A stretch of DNA of 62,954 nt, filler included, from Octopus bimaculoides (GCF_001194135.2; 6 parts of 6 records of this genome joined end to end with filler, not necessarily neighbours in it); one strand, 5' to 3'. Numbered from the whole stretch's first letter, positions 41,575 to 55,691 are shown. Notes: a model not told the origin generated them from the letters alone. Made by a program: numbers and translations.

Positions 41575-42196
41575 CATATATATATATGGTGGCTCAATAC
41601 ACGCACATACACACATACAGGTACACAAACACATGCAGGCACATTTAGGGACATAAGTAAACACACACACACACACACAGCATACACACATGCGCTTGTA
41701 TAACCACAGACAAGAAATTTCCTTCGCATTCTTGATGGATTTATTTCATCGGGATACTTTCCTGCTGTGAGAATAATATATAAACCCCAGCATAGCAAAG
41801 ATTGTCAAATTGATTCTGCTATAAGCGATATATTCACACTGATGTCTAGATTAAACACGGATTATATGCAGAAGAATTGGTGATATTTTTATACAGGCAT
41901 TATATTAAAACGATAAGGTGAGCGATTGCTTTTGCCACCAAACGAAATTCTAAACTTTTCAGAATTCACCGAATGATAAAGACTACGGGAACAGGAATGA
42001 TTGAAGAAAGAAAGAATAATAGACGAGAAAGTATTAATTCAACATATTGAGTGTTCTGTGTACTATATTCTTGACACTATTATAGTTATTGTATAAGTAT
42101 GCGGAAAGCGTGTCTGAGTAATATATTCTATGGACATCTCCACGTTTGAACGTTTCGCATCCGTCCATCTGTTCATCCATTCACCTATCCTTCCTG

Positions 42197-42356
<160 letters not shown>

Positions 42357-42359
42357 CCA

Positions 42360-42730
42360 TTTTCTTCGCTCACTCTCTCAGAAGAGTTGTGTTTGTAGAG
42401 TCTCCAGGCATCTCCCTCGTGGGGTCTTGTCAGAAGCACCCGTTATTCCACTTTGCGACTGGATTCCTAAGCGTTACTAACTGAGACTATGGATGTTATT
42501 CAACCATCTCATCCTTGGTTTACTCCTGGGTCTCCATTGGTTGGCTCGGCTTAAAGAATCTGCCTTGCGATTCTTCTCTGCAATATTTACTCCCAATTCT
42601 GTAGCACCCGAGCCCATGACCCATCAATGCAGACGACCTGATGAGTTTTTCATCTCTGAACTATGTCCTTTTCCATCCACATTTTCTTTTTGGCAAGTAC
42701 TTTGAAGTGATGGGTCTAACTTCGTTAAGG
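42360..42730 (-). mobile_element. LINE (RTE-like) 3' relic
   Basis: Reverse complement matches 52700-53020 (RPRSKPRMRWLNNI). Confidence 0.6.
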
Positions 42731-43471
42731 CGGAGTAATAAGTCTAAAGCATGCACTAAATATACTTACTAAATAGTATAAGTATATTTAGCACTTACTA
42801 AATAGTTGGTTATCTACGCAGATATAAACACATCCACACGCGTATATATACATACATATACAAATGTATGTATATATATATATAAAATTTTACTTAATAA
42901 GATTTCGGATGTCATAATTCTTTGCAGACATAAATATTTATCAATGTTTAAATTTTTTTCCCAAAATAATTAGTTTATATGATTTTAACCTATTTATCTT
43001 TTGTGCATTTGGATTCATCTTAAAACAATATTATCAATAGTTTTTATAATCTAATTAAACATGCAAATTCAGTTCTTATATATCATTCGCTTGAACGGTA
43101 TGTTCTTTCGATACAGCAATCGAATTTTTAAACTTGCTAAAAAATTATGTGTTTTAGAAATAAAAAAAAAAAAACTCTTTTGTAAATCTTCTTAAATTAC
43201 CGCTGACGAGAGAAATTCGGATGATTGTTATGGTTGGAAATAATTCGCCCATCTCAACCTACACATACTCGAAACAGCCATGTGACTGAAGATTCTTCTT
43301 AAAATCATCTTATACCACCATTTCATCTATTTGGATTAGCACTTTACATTCATCATGCGCATATTTTAATATCCTCATTGATTTCTAATATAGATATGCA
43401 AGCTCATAAGATCTCATGCAAGTACATTTATGATTTTTATGTATTCATATATTTATATATTTTTATATTAT

Positions 43472-43515
<44 letters not shown>

Positions 43516-43739
43516 TGTATCTGTGTATGTTGTGAAGTATTCCGATGGTGTGAAATATATTGAGTGATTAAGAACACTGACATTTGAAATTTGTCCCCTC
43601 TTTCATGGTTTATATGTGTGTATATATATATATATNNNNNNNNNNNNNNNNNNNNNNNNNNNNNNNNNNNNNNNNNNNNTTAATTAATTAANNNNNNNNN
43701 NNNNNNNNNNNNNNNNNNNNNNNNNNNNNNNNNNNAGAT

Positions 43740-44140
43740 TGTTGGATTGTTTGTATTTTCTGCTCGAGTTGTTGCTTCTAATGTGTGATGTGCGATTGTG
43801 ACTATTTAATGTGTTATGTGTTAGTCCTATATTTTGGTGTGCTTCACTTCCAGTCTTTTATCTTAGTGATTTTCATTTTTTATTTTGGCCTATTCAAATT
43901 ATCTATGCTAGTTCCGTGTCTGCAACTGCATGTTTTTATGCTGGTTCTAGTTTTCCTAGTATTTTGGTTATCAGAATTACATATATAATTATCATATATA
44001 TTTTTTTATTTTTTCTGTATATTTCACCCTAGCTGATGCATATAATAGGGTGCATGGGCATTAAAAATTTCGTCATTTGTTGATAGCCTTGATATTCTAA
44101 TAGATATGTTTTTTATTAATCCCCTTATTATAGAAGGTGG
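43740..44140 (-). mobile_element. Penelope-like (Naiad-type) thumb fragment
   Basis: DHPPSIIRGLIKNISIRISRLSTNDEIFNAHAPYY. Confidence 0.65.
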
Positions 44141-44711
44141 GTGATCTGATATATATATATATACAAATGAGCAAAAGAGAAAATGAAATTCACTAAATTC
44201 TTTATAATCACAACAACCATTTCGACCCATTATGCACTGGTCCCTCCGAACAACTGGTTGTGGTGCATCATTTGTTGCAGATGTGCCTTGTCAGGTATCT
44301 TTTCAAAAGGTACATTGCTCATTAAACTCAGTTTCACTTATGTATGTATGTTTTATGTTTCTGTTTGTCACCCACACCATTTCACAACCGGTGTAGTTTG
44401 TTTACACCCCTGTAACTTAGCATTTCAGCAAATGAAACCAATAGAATAAATACCAAGCTTAAAAAGAAGTACTGGGGTTCATTCATTTGACTAAAACTCT
44501 TCAGTATGGCTGCAGTCTAATGACTGAAACAAATAAAAGGTTAAAGACATACTGTTGCTTGCAATGAGGCAAGTAACTACTGAGTGTTGTTGAATCTTAC
44601 TCTCACTTTCCTGTTAACAAATGAAATATCTGTCTCCACATTTTCATATCATAACTGTTTACCATATATTTTATCAATAATAGGAAATAAATAACTAAAT
44701 AAAATACATAC

Positions 44712-44830
44712 TTATGCACACCACTAAGTTTGTTTCTTTTCTTCTCTTTACGAATTTCATCAGCTTCTTTTCTCAAAGATGAAACAAGGCTATGTGCATC
44801 AACCTCTTCCTTACCAAACAGAGGAATTAA
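44712..44830 (-). CDS. LRRC47: LRRC47 internal exon (119 nt, phase 0 to 2): LIPLFGKEEVDAHSLVSSLRKEADEIRKEKKRNKLSGVH(K)
   Basis: tttttag acceptor and gtatgt donor. Resembles vertebrate LRRC47 IVPLGRKE..ELV..L..EAEEQRKQKKRQSVSGLHR (recalled sequence). Confidence 0.85.
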
Positions 44831-45059
44831 CTAAAAATAAAAATAAATTAAAAATTATGAAACATTTGGCTAGAATGAGAACAAAATAATGCAATGGTAT
44901 CTGAAATGGCATATGAAACTTGACTGTCGTAGTCTTCATCATCATCATATCAGGAAGGGCCCTATACCTTGTTGACTAAGAAAGCCTTAGGTAGGATTCC
45001 TCACTTTGATCTAATGATCACTGATAAAGCTTGGAGACAAATAGCTTGTAAAAGTAATG

Positions 45060-45920
45060 TAAGTCATGTACAGGGGCACAGTTAGCAAGGTGAATGTAAG
45101 TGATATAAACAATAATGAACTGAGTGTGAAGGTGGGGATACAGTGAGTTACCAAAGAGGAATTTAAGACTGGCTACCTGTAGGAGCTTCTTTATGATGAT
45201 GGCTCAGCTCTAATTGCTAAATCTATAGTAGAATTAGAAATAAAATTCCACAATTGGAAACAAAACCTGGAATCAAGAGGGTCCAGAGTGAATTTAGCAA
45301 ATACTAAGCATTACTAATTAGGGAAAAAAAGACAAGACTCAAGGAAATGGCCTCGTTCAATATATTGAGCAAGATAATTTCCCTAATGGTAGTAGCTAAA
45401 AGTTCCATATGTTGTAGCCAGTCTAAGCTGTGAATGCACAAAATTGCTGTGGGATCAGAAGTAGACTAACAAGTAAGGTAAACTTTACATATAACGGTGC
45501 GCAGAGCAGCAAATGTTAAGAGCAGTTATGAAGTAGACACAATCTAATGCCCAGATGGACGTCTAGAAAAAGTCAATAGTTTCTATTACCTAAAAGAATT
45601 AAACAGTAGTGGTGAGGGGATTGTTCTGAGAGAGCAAAGTGACCAGAGTTGGAAGAAATTCAGGATGTTATTACCTCAGCTAGCAACAAAGGATTTCTGC
45701 TTTAAAGTGAGAAGTAGATTGCACATGATGCTTGTGTATGGAGTAGGAAGATTCATGATATTGAGATGTAGGTCTTGAACACAGATCTGCATAAGCCATA
45801 AAGAAATGAAGCAAGCATGTTTCACTGGAAAGTGCAACACTAGCATGCATCAACAACAGAGTGCAAATGAGCGAAGAGAAAATCTGAATATTAGAGAAAT
45901 CAGATACAGTGTGCAATAGA
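45060..45920 (+). mobile_element. Old RTE RT relic in LRRC47 intron
   Basis: Degenerate copy of the 48.7-49.7 kb sequence (LESRGSRVNLANTK, LEKVNSFYYL, WKKFRMLLPQLATK). Confidence 0.7.
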
Positions 45921-46060
45921 GAAGATTGTAGGCCACCCATTTGTTATTCTGGCTGTTGTGCAATTTGGTCCTGGTCGAAGCTCTTTTCATCTGAGAACCA
46001 GATCATCCCCAGCTCAAAATGCAAGCAGTTATTGTTGGCCACATATATGGAGAAGAACAG
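45920..46060 (-). mobile_element. maT/DD37D transposase fragment
   Basis: Reverse complement matches 50870-51020 (WFSDEKS). Confidence 0.7.
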
Positions 46061-46289
46061 CTGTATGCAAAGAAAATATAAAGATGTATGATGTGCTCAA
46101 AGTAAATAGAACCTGTGGAATAGGGAGACTATGGAAGAAAAAGATAAAGCCCTGATTGAAGACAGATGGTGGCAGTACATGATGTGTGAGAAGACCTACT
46201 CGTGTTCAGACATGGCAAAACAGATATTTAAAATTATCATTCAATATTTACTGTGTCTATGCGACAGAAATCCCCAAAGTATCTCTCTA

Positions 46290-49200
46290 TCTACCTCCCT
46301 CGTGCACTGGCCTAACCCCCTCTGCTTTACTCTGTCTCTTTTGATACCTGCTTCACTGTCTCTCTCGATCCTCACTCGCTCTCGCTCTCTCTTCTCCTCC
46401 CTCTTTCGATTGACCACTAGGTCTACAAAAACTAGCACGTGCACCTCAATTCCCACACTCGACCGAAGTCCCTNNNNNNNNNNGTACCAGAAGTTCCTGT
46501 CTTCTACACCAGTACTGGAAGTTCTTGACTGTCTCCCATGAACACTTCTAAAGACTTACGCCATTCCCCCCACCCCCACTTAGGGTTTATCGCCTATGTA
46601 AGGTAGCGATCATTTGGTGCAAAATACAATAGTGTAGTAGATGCTGGCTGAAATGAATGCTACTGATTGTCTATGAATTCTGCAAAATGCTGTTCCCCGC
46701 CCCAGGGTCTCACGTGCCCATACCTCCCACACCTTCAGGTTTGGCACTCTCAACGTCGGAACTCTGAAAGGTAGGTCTGGTGAGATTGTTGAGATGATTG
46801 AACAGAGATGTGTCGATATCTGCTGCCTCCATGAAGTTAGGTGGAGAGGAGGTTCCGCTAGGTTCTTCACAGTCAAAGAACACAGGTACAAGATTTTCTG
46901 GGTAGGGAACACAGACGGGGTCGGAGGTGTGGGCATGCTCCTTGCAGAGAAATGGATGGATAAGGTAATCGAGGTAGTTAGAGTATCCGATAAAATACTT
47001 AAGATTAGATTAGTCCTTCATCATGGGTTAGCAGCCATTATCTCGACCTATGCCCCTCAGCCCGGGATACCCGACAGACAGAAAGACCAATTTTATGACA
47101 CCCTCCTGCAGACTACTTCGTCGACGAATGACAGGGACCTTCTCTTTGTGGCTGGTGACTTCAATGGTCATGTTGGACAACATTCAGGGGACTTCTATGG
47201 TGTACATGGAGGCTATGGTTTTGGTTCCCGCAACGAGGAGGGAACCAGGCTGCTGGAGTTCTATGATGCAAACGACCTTATGGTCTGCAATACTAACTTC
47301 AGGAAACCTGCGAGTCACCTAGTCACCTACTGTTCTAGCAGACATACTAGCCAAATTGACTACATCCTCGCCAGGAAAAGGGAAAGATGGTTGCTTATAA
47401 ATGCCAAAACCTTCCCAGGCGAAGAATGTACCCCACAACATAGATTAGTAGTTAGTGACTTCAGGATCNNNNNNNNNNTGCTTATAAATGCCAAAACCTT
47501 CCCAGGCGAAGAATGTACCCCACAACATAGATTAGTAGTTAGTGACTTCAGGATCAGGGCTAAGTGGTTGCCGAGAAGACGACCAACTTGGAGGAGAAGG
47601 GTATGGAAGCTCAAAGATCCTGCGAATGGACAGAGACTTAGAGACTTATTACTCGAAGCCTATGACGAAATAGAAGGGGACGTAGCTTCACACAATGTAG
47701 AGGACAACTGGACGTTTCTACAGGACAACCTGCTGAAGGCCACCGACCAGATCTGTGGATGGTGTAAGGTCCCCTCTCGACCGAAAATAACGTGGTGGTG
47801 GAACCATGTTGTTGACAGGGCTATTAGACAAAAGAAACAGGCTTGGAAACGGTGGTAGCAGGAAATTGTATGAGACTGCCAGAAGGGAAGCTAGGCGACA
47901 GTTTATTTAGCCAGAGGGGAAGCAGAGAAGAAAAAGTTTGCCAATGTTCTGCGCCGTGAGGACCAAAGACTTGAGGTGTTTTGTGTTGCAAGACAGTGTG
48001 TGAGAGAGAATCGTGATGTTGTGGGAGAGAAATGTGTTCACATGGATGATGGTACGCTTGCACTAAACGAGGCTGCAAAGAGAGAGGTTTGGAGACGCCA
48101 CTACAAAAGATTGCTCAATAAAGAGAATAAATGGGAGAAAGAAAGTCTGCCAAATGTCGACATAACAGAGGGACCAGCTATCCGAGTTGACAGTACCATG
48201 GTAGATAAAGCAATTAAGAGTATGAAGACAGGGAAAGCCCCCGGCCCATTAGGAATCACCGCAGAGATACTCAAAATATCTGGAAGTGTCAGCTATAGCC
48301 TAGTCAGACCCGTATTGTTAACGAGGTCATACCCAAAGGAGTCATACCCAATGACTGGTGTAGCAGCACCATAGTCAACTGCTATAAAGGTAAAGGTGAC
48401 GCTTTAGATACAAATAATTACAGAGGTATCAAGCTTTTAGATCAGGTAATGAAAGTCATGGAGAGGGTCATAGCCCAACTACTTAGGGAGCGAGTCAGTT
48501 TAGATGAGATGCTGAGATGCAGTTTGGGTTCGTGCCAGGGAAAAGCACCACTGATGCTACATTTCTGGTAAGACAGCTTCAGGAGAAATACCTAGCCAAG
48601 GATAAACCTCTGTACCTGGCTTTCGTTGACATGGAGAAAGCCTTTGACAGGGTCCCCCGATCCCTCATCTGGTGGTCAATGAGGAAACTAGGGATAGAAG
48701 AATGGTTAGTGAAAGCTGTGCGAGCCATGTACAGGGACGTTGTCAGTAAGGTGAGGGTTGGCAACGAGTACAGCGAAGAATTTCGGGTAGAGGTAGGGGT
48801 CCACCAAGGTTCAGTCCTCAGTCCGCTCCTATTTATCATAGTCTTCCAGGCAATAACACAGGAATTCAAGACAGGATGCTCCTGGGAGCTCCACTATACT
48901 GATGACCTTGCACTAATTGCTGAGTCACTATCAGAACTAGAGGAGAAGTCTCAGGTGTGGAAGCATGGACTAGAATCGAAGGGCCTTAGAGTGAACCTAG
49001 CTAAGACCAAAGTCCTAATAAGTAGGAAGGTAGACAAAACACAAACTCCTTCAGGTAGATGGCCCTGCTCGATCTGTAGAAAAGGTGTAGGCAAAAACTC
49101 TATAAGATGCACCCAGTGCAAGCTATGGACACATAAGAGGTGCAGCAATATCAAAGGAAGGTTAACTAGGAAGTTAGTTTTCGTTTGTAGCAGATGTTCA

Positions 49201-50395
49201 GGAGCTATAAACACTGTAAATGTGCAGAAAACAACTTCTGCCACATTCCAGGGAGAAAAACTAGAAGTAGTTGATAGCTTCCACTATCTAGGTGACCAAG
49301 TTAGTAGTGGGGGAAGGTGTGCTGAAAGTGTAGCGGCTAGAATACGAATAGCCTGGGCAAAGTTCAGAAAGCTCTTACCTCTGCTGGCGACAAAGGGCCT
49401 CTCACTCAGAGTAAAAGGCAGACTGTATGATGCATGTGTACGAACAGCCATGCTTCATGGCAGTGAAACATGGGCCGTGACTGCTGAGGACATGCGTAGG
49501 CTCGCAAGGAATGAAGCCAGTATGCTCCAATGGATGTGTAATGTCAGTGTGCATACTAGACAGAGTGTAAGTACCTTGAGAGAAAAGTTGAACCTAAGAA
49601 GCATCAGCTGTGGTGTACAAGAGAGACGATTGCGCTGGTATGGTCATGTAGCGAGAATGGATGAGTATAGCTGTGTGAAAAAGTGCCACACCCTAGCAGT
49701 TGAGGGAACCTGTGTAAGAGGTAAGCCCAGGAGGACCTGGGATGAGGTGGTGAGGCATGACCTTCGAACTTTGAACCTCACTGAGGCGATGACTTCTGAC
49801 CGAGACCTTTGAAAATATGCTGTGCGTGAGAAGACCCGGCAGGCGAAGTGAGACCTAAATCCAAAGCCTCTGCCAGGATGCGTACCTTCCTACGTTGGAC
49901 ACTAAACTCCACTTGTGAAGACCTGTTGAGGCAAGTGAAATCGAAATCGAACTAATTTTGACGGACGACACCCACGCCAACGTCGTCTCCTTCATTGGAC
50001 ACATAAACTCGGCTTGCAAAGACCCGTTGAAGCAAGCAAAAGCAAAATCGTGATGACACCTGTGCCCTGGCACTTGTGCCGGTGGCACGTGTAAAGACAT
50101 TCGAGCAAGATTGTTGCCAGTGCCACTGGACCGGCTCCCATGCAGGTGGTATGTAAAAGACACCACTTCAAGCGTGGCCGTTGCCAGTACCACCTGACTG
50201 GCCTTCATGCCGGTGGCACGTAAAAGCACCTACTACACTCTCTGAGTGGTTGGCGTTAGGAAGGGCATCCAGCTGTAGAAACTCTGCCAAATCAGATTGG
50301 AGCCTGGTGTAGCCACCTGGTTCACCAGTCCTCCGTCAAATCGTCCAACCCATGCTAGCATGGAAAGCGGACGTTAAACAATGATGATGATGATG
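46290..50395 (+). mobile_element. Near full-length RTE-clade LINE (APE endonuclease + RT), a few frameshifts, antisense within an LRRC47 intron
   Basis: GTLNVGTL, LHEVRWRG, AGDFNGHVG, SQIDYIL, QHRLVVSD; QFGFVPGKST, AFVDMEKAFDRV, GVHQGSVLSPLLF, YTDDLAL, RLRWYGHV; 3' UTR with (TGA)n tail. Confidence 0.93.
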
Positions 50396-50450
50396 ACTAT
50401 GTCTTTTATATCTGTTGTTATACGGAGTATAGTTTGCTAAGCATATATGT

Positions 50451-51290
50451 ACAGGGTGCTCAGGCTAAATTTGACATTTTTTTTTATGCCTCCTTTTTAC
50501 AGGAACAGCTAGATGTATTGAACAGTCAAAGGTGTGGGAGAACATAAAGGTTAAAATTGTAACCAACAAAAATTTAGTTGATGTGGAGGACTGGAAATCA
50601 TCTGACTGCTGGAAAAGAGTTACCAGTATTATGATGATTTGAACTGGGTATCAAAATGCTGACAGCATGATGGCTGCAACGGAGACTACTAAGTTGTGAC
50701 CTGCAGGAAGGGACACAGCAGGCATTCTGGCTGCATCCGCATGACAGAATTCATCCGACAAATGTAGGACAAGGTGATGGAAAATCCAAGCAAGGGAATC
50801 CTGGCTTTGGCAAGAGGGATGGATGTTGGAATCACTACCATGAAGCTGCCCAATTCTGACAGCCATGGCCAACAATAACTGCTTGCAGAAGGTAAAGAAG
50901 CTCCTGAACAAGCTGAGGCATTTTGAGCTGGAGATGGTCAAGGGATGATCTGGTTCTCAGATGAAAAGAGCTACAACCAGGACCAAACTGCACAACAGCC
51001 AGAATAACAAATGGGTGGCCTACAATCCATGTGATGTCTCACATATCATGAAAACCAAATTCACCCCACGTCCTTGAAGGCCTTAGGTTCAATTTAGACA
51101 GTTATGTGAAGTTGCTGGACACTGGTCAGATCCTTGCTGGAGAGGGTTGCTATTGGAAGGTCACATGTATGGAAGCTGGATTCAGCTCCATGCCAGACCT
51201 CTGGAAAGAGTCAGAAGTGGTTGTTGGAGAATTTCTAGAACTTCACCAGCTCCAATTTTTGGCCTTCTAACTCCCTTGATTGTAATCCCA
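50451..51290 (+). mobile_element. maT/DD37D (Tc1/mariner superfamily) transposase relic
   Basis: WFSDEKSYNQDQ..HNSQN, DSAPCQTS.KSQKWL..NF, FWPSNSLDCNPM; TIR acagggtgctcaggctaaatt. Confidence 0.8.
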
Positions 51291-52249
51291 TGTGCAGGGT
51301 AAAGTCAAGAAAGACACCAACAGCTCTTTCTGGGGACACAGTGAGGAATGCATGTGCTAGGTTCTGGAGCTATCAAGTGACTATGGTAAAAGGTGAGGTG
51401 GCTACTGTGAGTAAACTGTTATATCTTAACCATAATCTAGTTGATTTTTTAAAATACTTTTATTTTTGGATGGGGGAGTGTGTTTTCTTTTCCTTTCATG
51501 CAAACTGTCAAATTTAGCCTGAAAACCCTGTTACATGTATATGTTTGTACACATGCAAGCATGTATGTATATCCACATACCTCACTAACTTCTTATTCCT
51601 TTAATACCAATATCACTCACCTCTTTGTCACACATTCCTTGCACCACACATCCTTACAACTCATCTTTCAATTGACTATATCAATTGAGAGATGAGTGAT
51701 ATGAATATTTCGTTCGCCAGTGGATCTCTTCTGTTCATCACAAGTTACACTCTCTCACCTAGGCCTTTATTGTTCATCTATTCATCACACATTATATTTT
51801 TCATGCATGCCACTAATTCATTTCTCAGTCACACCCTCCTCTTCTAAATTCCCATTGTTCTATGTACACCTCAGGTGTGGCTAGGGATGATAGTGGATTG
51901 ACCCAACTGCTTTTCATTCCTCCTGCTAAAACACTCACCACTCAAACCCAACTAGTAGCCATGCCTGCAGCTACAAATATTATAATGGTAATCATTATCT
52001 GTCAACATGCTGAATTCTCATTGTCACTTCTTGCTTATCTGAAAACTGCATATCATTTTTATCTAAGTCAATTTGATACACTTTCTTCTTTGCTTCTCTT
52101 TCTCTTCCAAATCTAGTACCAAACATTTTATACAGTATTGTCTCAGAACTTTTTATATTTTCCTCATAGTCTTGCAAGTTGAATATCAACCAAAACAACT
52201 TTACCATTCAAGGCACTGCTGCCCCTTCTTCCACGACCACTGTGATAGA

Positions 52250-53020
52250 GTTATCACAATTGGCGCATGTAGGATTGGTTGGTTCATATTTGCAGATGAC
52301 ATGATGGTACTTGGCTCATCAGGTGATCTCCAGCATGCATTGAATGAGTTTATTGCTGAGTGCTACATGACAGGAATGAGAATTGGTGAATCAAAGACTG
52401 AGGATTGGTCCATTTAAGAAAGTCTTCCCAGTGACCTCTGCAGATTAGTGGAACACCACTGAGACAAGTGAAGAAGTTTGTCTTGGAAGGCAGGAAGCTA
52501 AATTGGATGCTACATGTGCCAGCACCAACATTCAATCCTTAAAAGAGAAGAGGTTGATAAAAGCCAAATTCACTAGCTTCAATTTAGCTTCTGTATCCAT
52601 TCTCAAATATAGTCATGAATGCAGGGTAATGACTGAAAGAGTATGATCCCAAGTATAAATAGCTGAAATAGAGTTCCTCCAAAGGATTCTTGGAGTGACA
52701 TTACTTGACAGGGTGCATAGCTTAGAGTTAAAGGAGTCTTTCTCGGTCAATCTGCTACATCACTGCATTAAGAGGTCACAGCTTTGATATTATGGGCATA
52801 TAATTAGAATGCAGTAGGAGAGAACTGCAAGATGGATTCTTCAAGCTGAGCTGACCAACAGAAGACCAAGAGGTAGACCAAGGTTGAGATGGTTGGATAA
52901 TACCCATGGTCTCAATTGGTCCACTTGGGAATCCGACCAAAAATTCTGATGACAGTTGCTTTGGATAGGATTCTTTAGGGAAAGTGCCTGAGAAAACAAA
53001 AAGCCTCCCAGGAATAGTGG
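52250..53020 (+). mobile_element. LINE (RTE-like) RT C-terminal relic
   Basis: FADDMMVL, YYGHIIRM, RRPRGRPRLRWLD. Confidence 0.7.
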
Positions 53021-53203
53021 GCAGAGAAGATAGAGAGATCGAATATTATTAAAGGGCCAAAATAACAATAACTTGTCAGTGCAACAGTCCACTAACTTCA
53101 TTGCTTCAATATCTATATTTCCATTCAAGGATGGGTTTTCACAGAGCCACCAAGGTTGACAACATACTCAAACCAGTATAATTCAAGGAATAAATCAACT
53201 TAC

Positions 53204-53320
53204 CTTGATTTTAGCAGGAATCTTAGCATCAAACACAAGAGGAGCTTTTAGTTTGGACATGTCATGGGTTGCTATAGTTGCTGCTTGTCTTTTATCACAA
53301 ACTGTATCATGGAGTTTTGT
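53204..53320 (-). CDS. LRRC47: LRRC47 internal exon (117 nt, phase 0 to 0): TKLHDTVCDKRQAATIATHDMSKLKAPLVFDAKIPAKIK
   Basis: tttcttgtag acceptor and gtaagt donor. Matches LRRC47 B3/4-domain [20 protein letters not shown]...GPLLY (recalled sequence). In frame with the 44830 exon. Confidence 0.88.
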
Positions 53321-53844
53321 CTACAAGAAACCCCAAATAAACTTACATTCATTAAAAGATATAGAGAGATTATAAAGGGAAACTTTAATTGCAAAGTGTT
53401 AAGAACTATATATTAAGTTTGCAATCCAGTTCTGACAGATGAACAAAAAGACAGATCTTGCTGCAGATAAACTAGATAACAACAAAACTGGATAACTGGG
53501 AAACATGAAAATCTCTCTCTCTCTCTCACACACACACGGAAATTATGAATTTAGTACAAGCAATCAAGAAGGATCAATACTCTTCTTCTGTCTTGCTGTA
53601 TTGTGACATTCATTGGGATAAAAAGCAAGACCTGTTAAAGGGTACATGAACTCATGTGAATCAACAGTTATTCAAGTACATGATTACACACACATATATG
53701 TATGGATCAAAACAGTTGGATTCAAATTCCTTGGTAGTTTCAAAGCATGATGCTAATCCTTAGCCATTGGAAATTTGAGTCACATTTAACTCCCAATAAA
53801 TGTGTTGAGTGCCCTTCTTTCATTTGTCCACTCACTCATATATA

Positions 53845-53899
<55 letters not shown>

Positions 53900-54002
53900 A
53901 TGTATATGTGTATATATAGAAATAATCAAGATTCAGTTGAATTAGGTATTTATGTTGAGGCACTAAGTCTGTCCAGTATTGTCCGCACAGTTCGGAGTTA
54001 AG

Positions 54003-54425
54003 TGAATAAAAAACAAATCAGTAACAAGGATGTCCGGGTATCAGTGCATTATGGCTGTTTCAAGTGGCTCCATTTAATCGATCAATGCATGCATTACATC
54101 AATTTGAAATAAACTGCTCTCCTCTGTATAGATTATCAACATACAGGATACTTCATTATAATTTTTTAGGAAATTTTTCACCAGTACTAGAGACTAAAAT
54201 ACATTACTTCTCTTTGCTATTATTGTAGCAAAATGATGAAAAATTTGCTAAAAAATTATAATAGAGAATCCAGCATGTTGGTAATCTATACGGTTGTATG
54301 TACCCGAGAGGAGCTGTTTATTTCAAATTGATGTAATGTTTGCATTGATCAATTAAATGGAGCTGCTTGAAACAGCCATAAGGCACTGATACTTGGACAT
54401 CCTTGTTACTTATTTGCTTTTTATG
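54003..54425. repeat. Inverted repeat / MITE-like foldback (about 115-bp arms, about 190-bp spacer)
   Basis: 54003-54120 is the reverse complement of 54312-54425, with mostly transition mismatches. Confidence 0.85.
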
Positions 54426-55045
54426 TGAGTACGAGAATATATATATATGCATACATGGGTACATCACAAAACGTAAACAAATGAAATACAAAGACAAACT
54501 TTTTTTCATGAACGAGAGAAACAAATGGAAAACAAGACAAGTAACATAAAAAACGACCCTTCATCAGTTGTTGGCTGTTTATTTACTCCACATTCCGAGC
54601 AATTTACGACGATATGTGCCTTCAAGAAAACAATTGCTCCTGCAAGCCAAAATAGATTTTGGGATTCTGCAGAGGGTCAAAGTTGGTAACAAAAACAGGA
54701 CAGTGAAACAAATACAGAGAACTGCTAAGCCAGATGGGGTAAGGTGGAGAATGCAGAGGAACATTCTTTGATAGGAGGAAAGATAGGAAAGGAGACGGAC
54801 AAGAATATGTCTGGTCTGTGCAACAGACCGGAAGAAAAGGAAGATGAACACATGTGGAAAAAAAAGATGGACGATGGTCACATGTGAGCAATGCGAGAGT
54901 AAAGGAGTAGGAGGGAGAGAGAGGAACAGATAGAAAACGGTGAAGAGGAAAAAAAAGAATTAGAGAAAAGAGACGGAAAACTGAAGGGGAGAGAAGGGGA
55001 GAAAAAATTAGTGAAAGGAAGAGTGAGGAAAACGAAAGGGGAGAG

Positions 55046-55078
<33 letters not shown>

Positions 55079-55691
55079 AGTACAGAGGAGAGTCATACCA
55101 AAATTATTAAGATAAACTTACTTTGAAATGGATGTTTGGCATTCATATAATAATATAAATAACATATATACACAGACATATATGATTTTTCTTTCTCTTT
55201 CTTTCGCTTGTAACAACTAACTTGTATAAGCATACGGCAGGAAATTTTATGTGCATATATATATATGCATTTGTATGTCTTGCCTATATATGACTGTATA
55301 TGTATGTAGCTATGTACATACATCTGTATATTTTAGTGTATATATATGCATATTATACATGGTTTGGTATGTGCTAAATGTATGTGTAATCCAACGTAAA
55401 AAGTTTTTTAAACGGTTATAACTTTTAAAGTATTTTTACATTAAAATAATTATTTTACAAATAATTATTTACCCTGGGTATTTTGAGTGTCCTTTCTAAG
55501 GTATTTTTGATTTAAGGTTTTCTTTGATTTTATAATAAGATGATTTTGTACCACATTTTGCTCATTGCATGCAACCAGTTATTGTAAAGATGGTTGGCTG
55601 AAAGGGCCAATAAAACAAAAATATTTGCAAATGTGCATCCTTTAAACTAATTCATATTTGCTTATAACCTTATTTTTGTTTCATTTTAAAC

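Noticed and set aside
43200-43262. Minus-strand DGRIIS / FPTIT resembling LRRC47 DGDVISFPPITN
   Set aside because: Needs a frameshift and lacks the preceding YPCL; probably chance.
44590-44640. Possible next LRRC47 exon (ag|ATATTTCATTTGTTAACAGGAAAG, resembling YLHLL)
   Set aside because: Wrong phase, immediate stop and no FPPITNS motif.
47390-47535. About 60-70 bp direct duplication in the RTE endonuclease around a 10-N gap
   Set aside because: Typical contig-overlap assembly artefact.
51995-52207. 70-aa charged ORF inside the LRRC47 intron
   Set aside because: No recognisable homology or convincing splice pair.
55575-55610. SECIS-like hairpin caaccagtt/gatggttg
   Set aside because: Lacks the AUGA quartet, and the AAA is on the wrong side of the loop.
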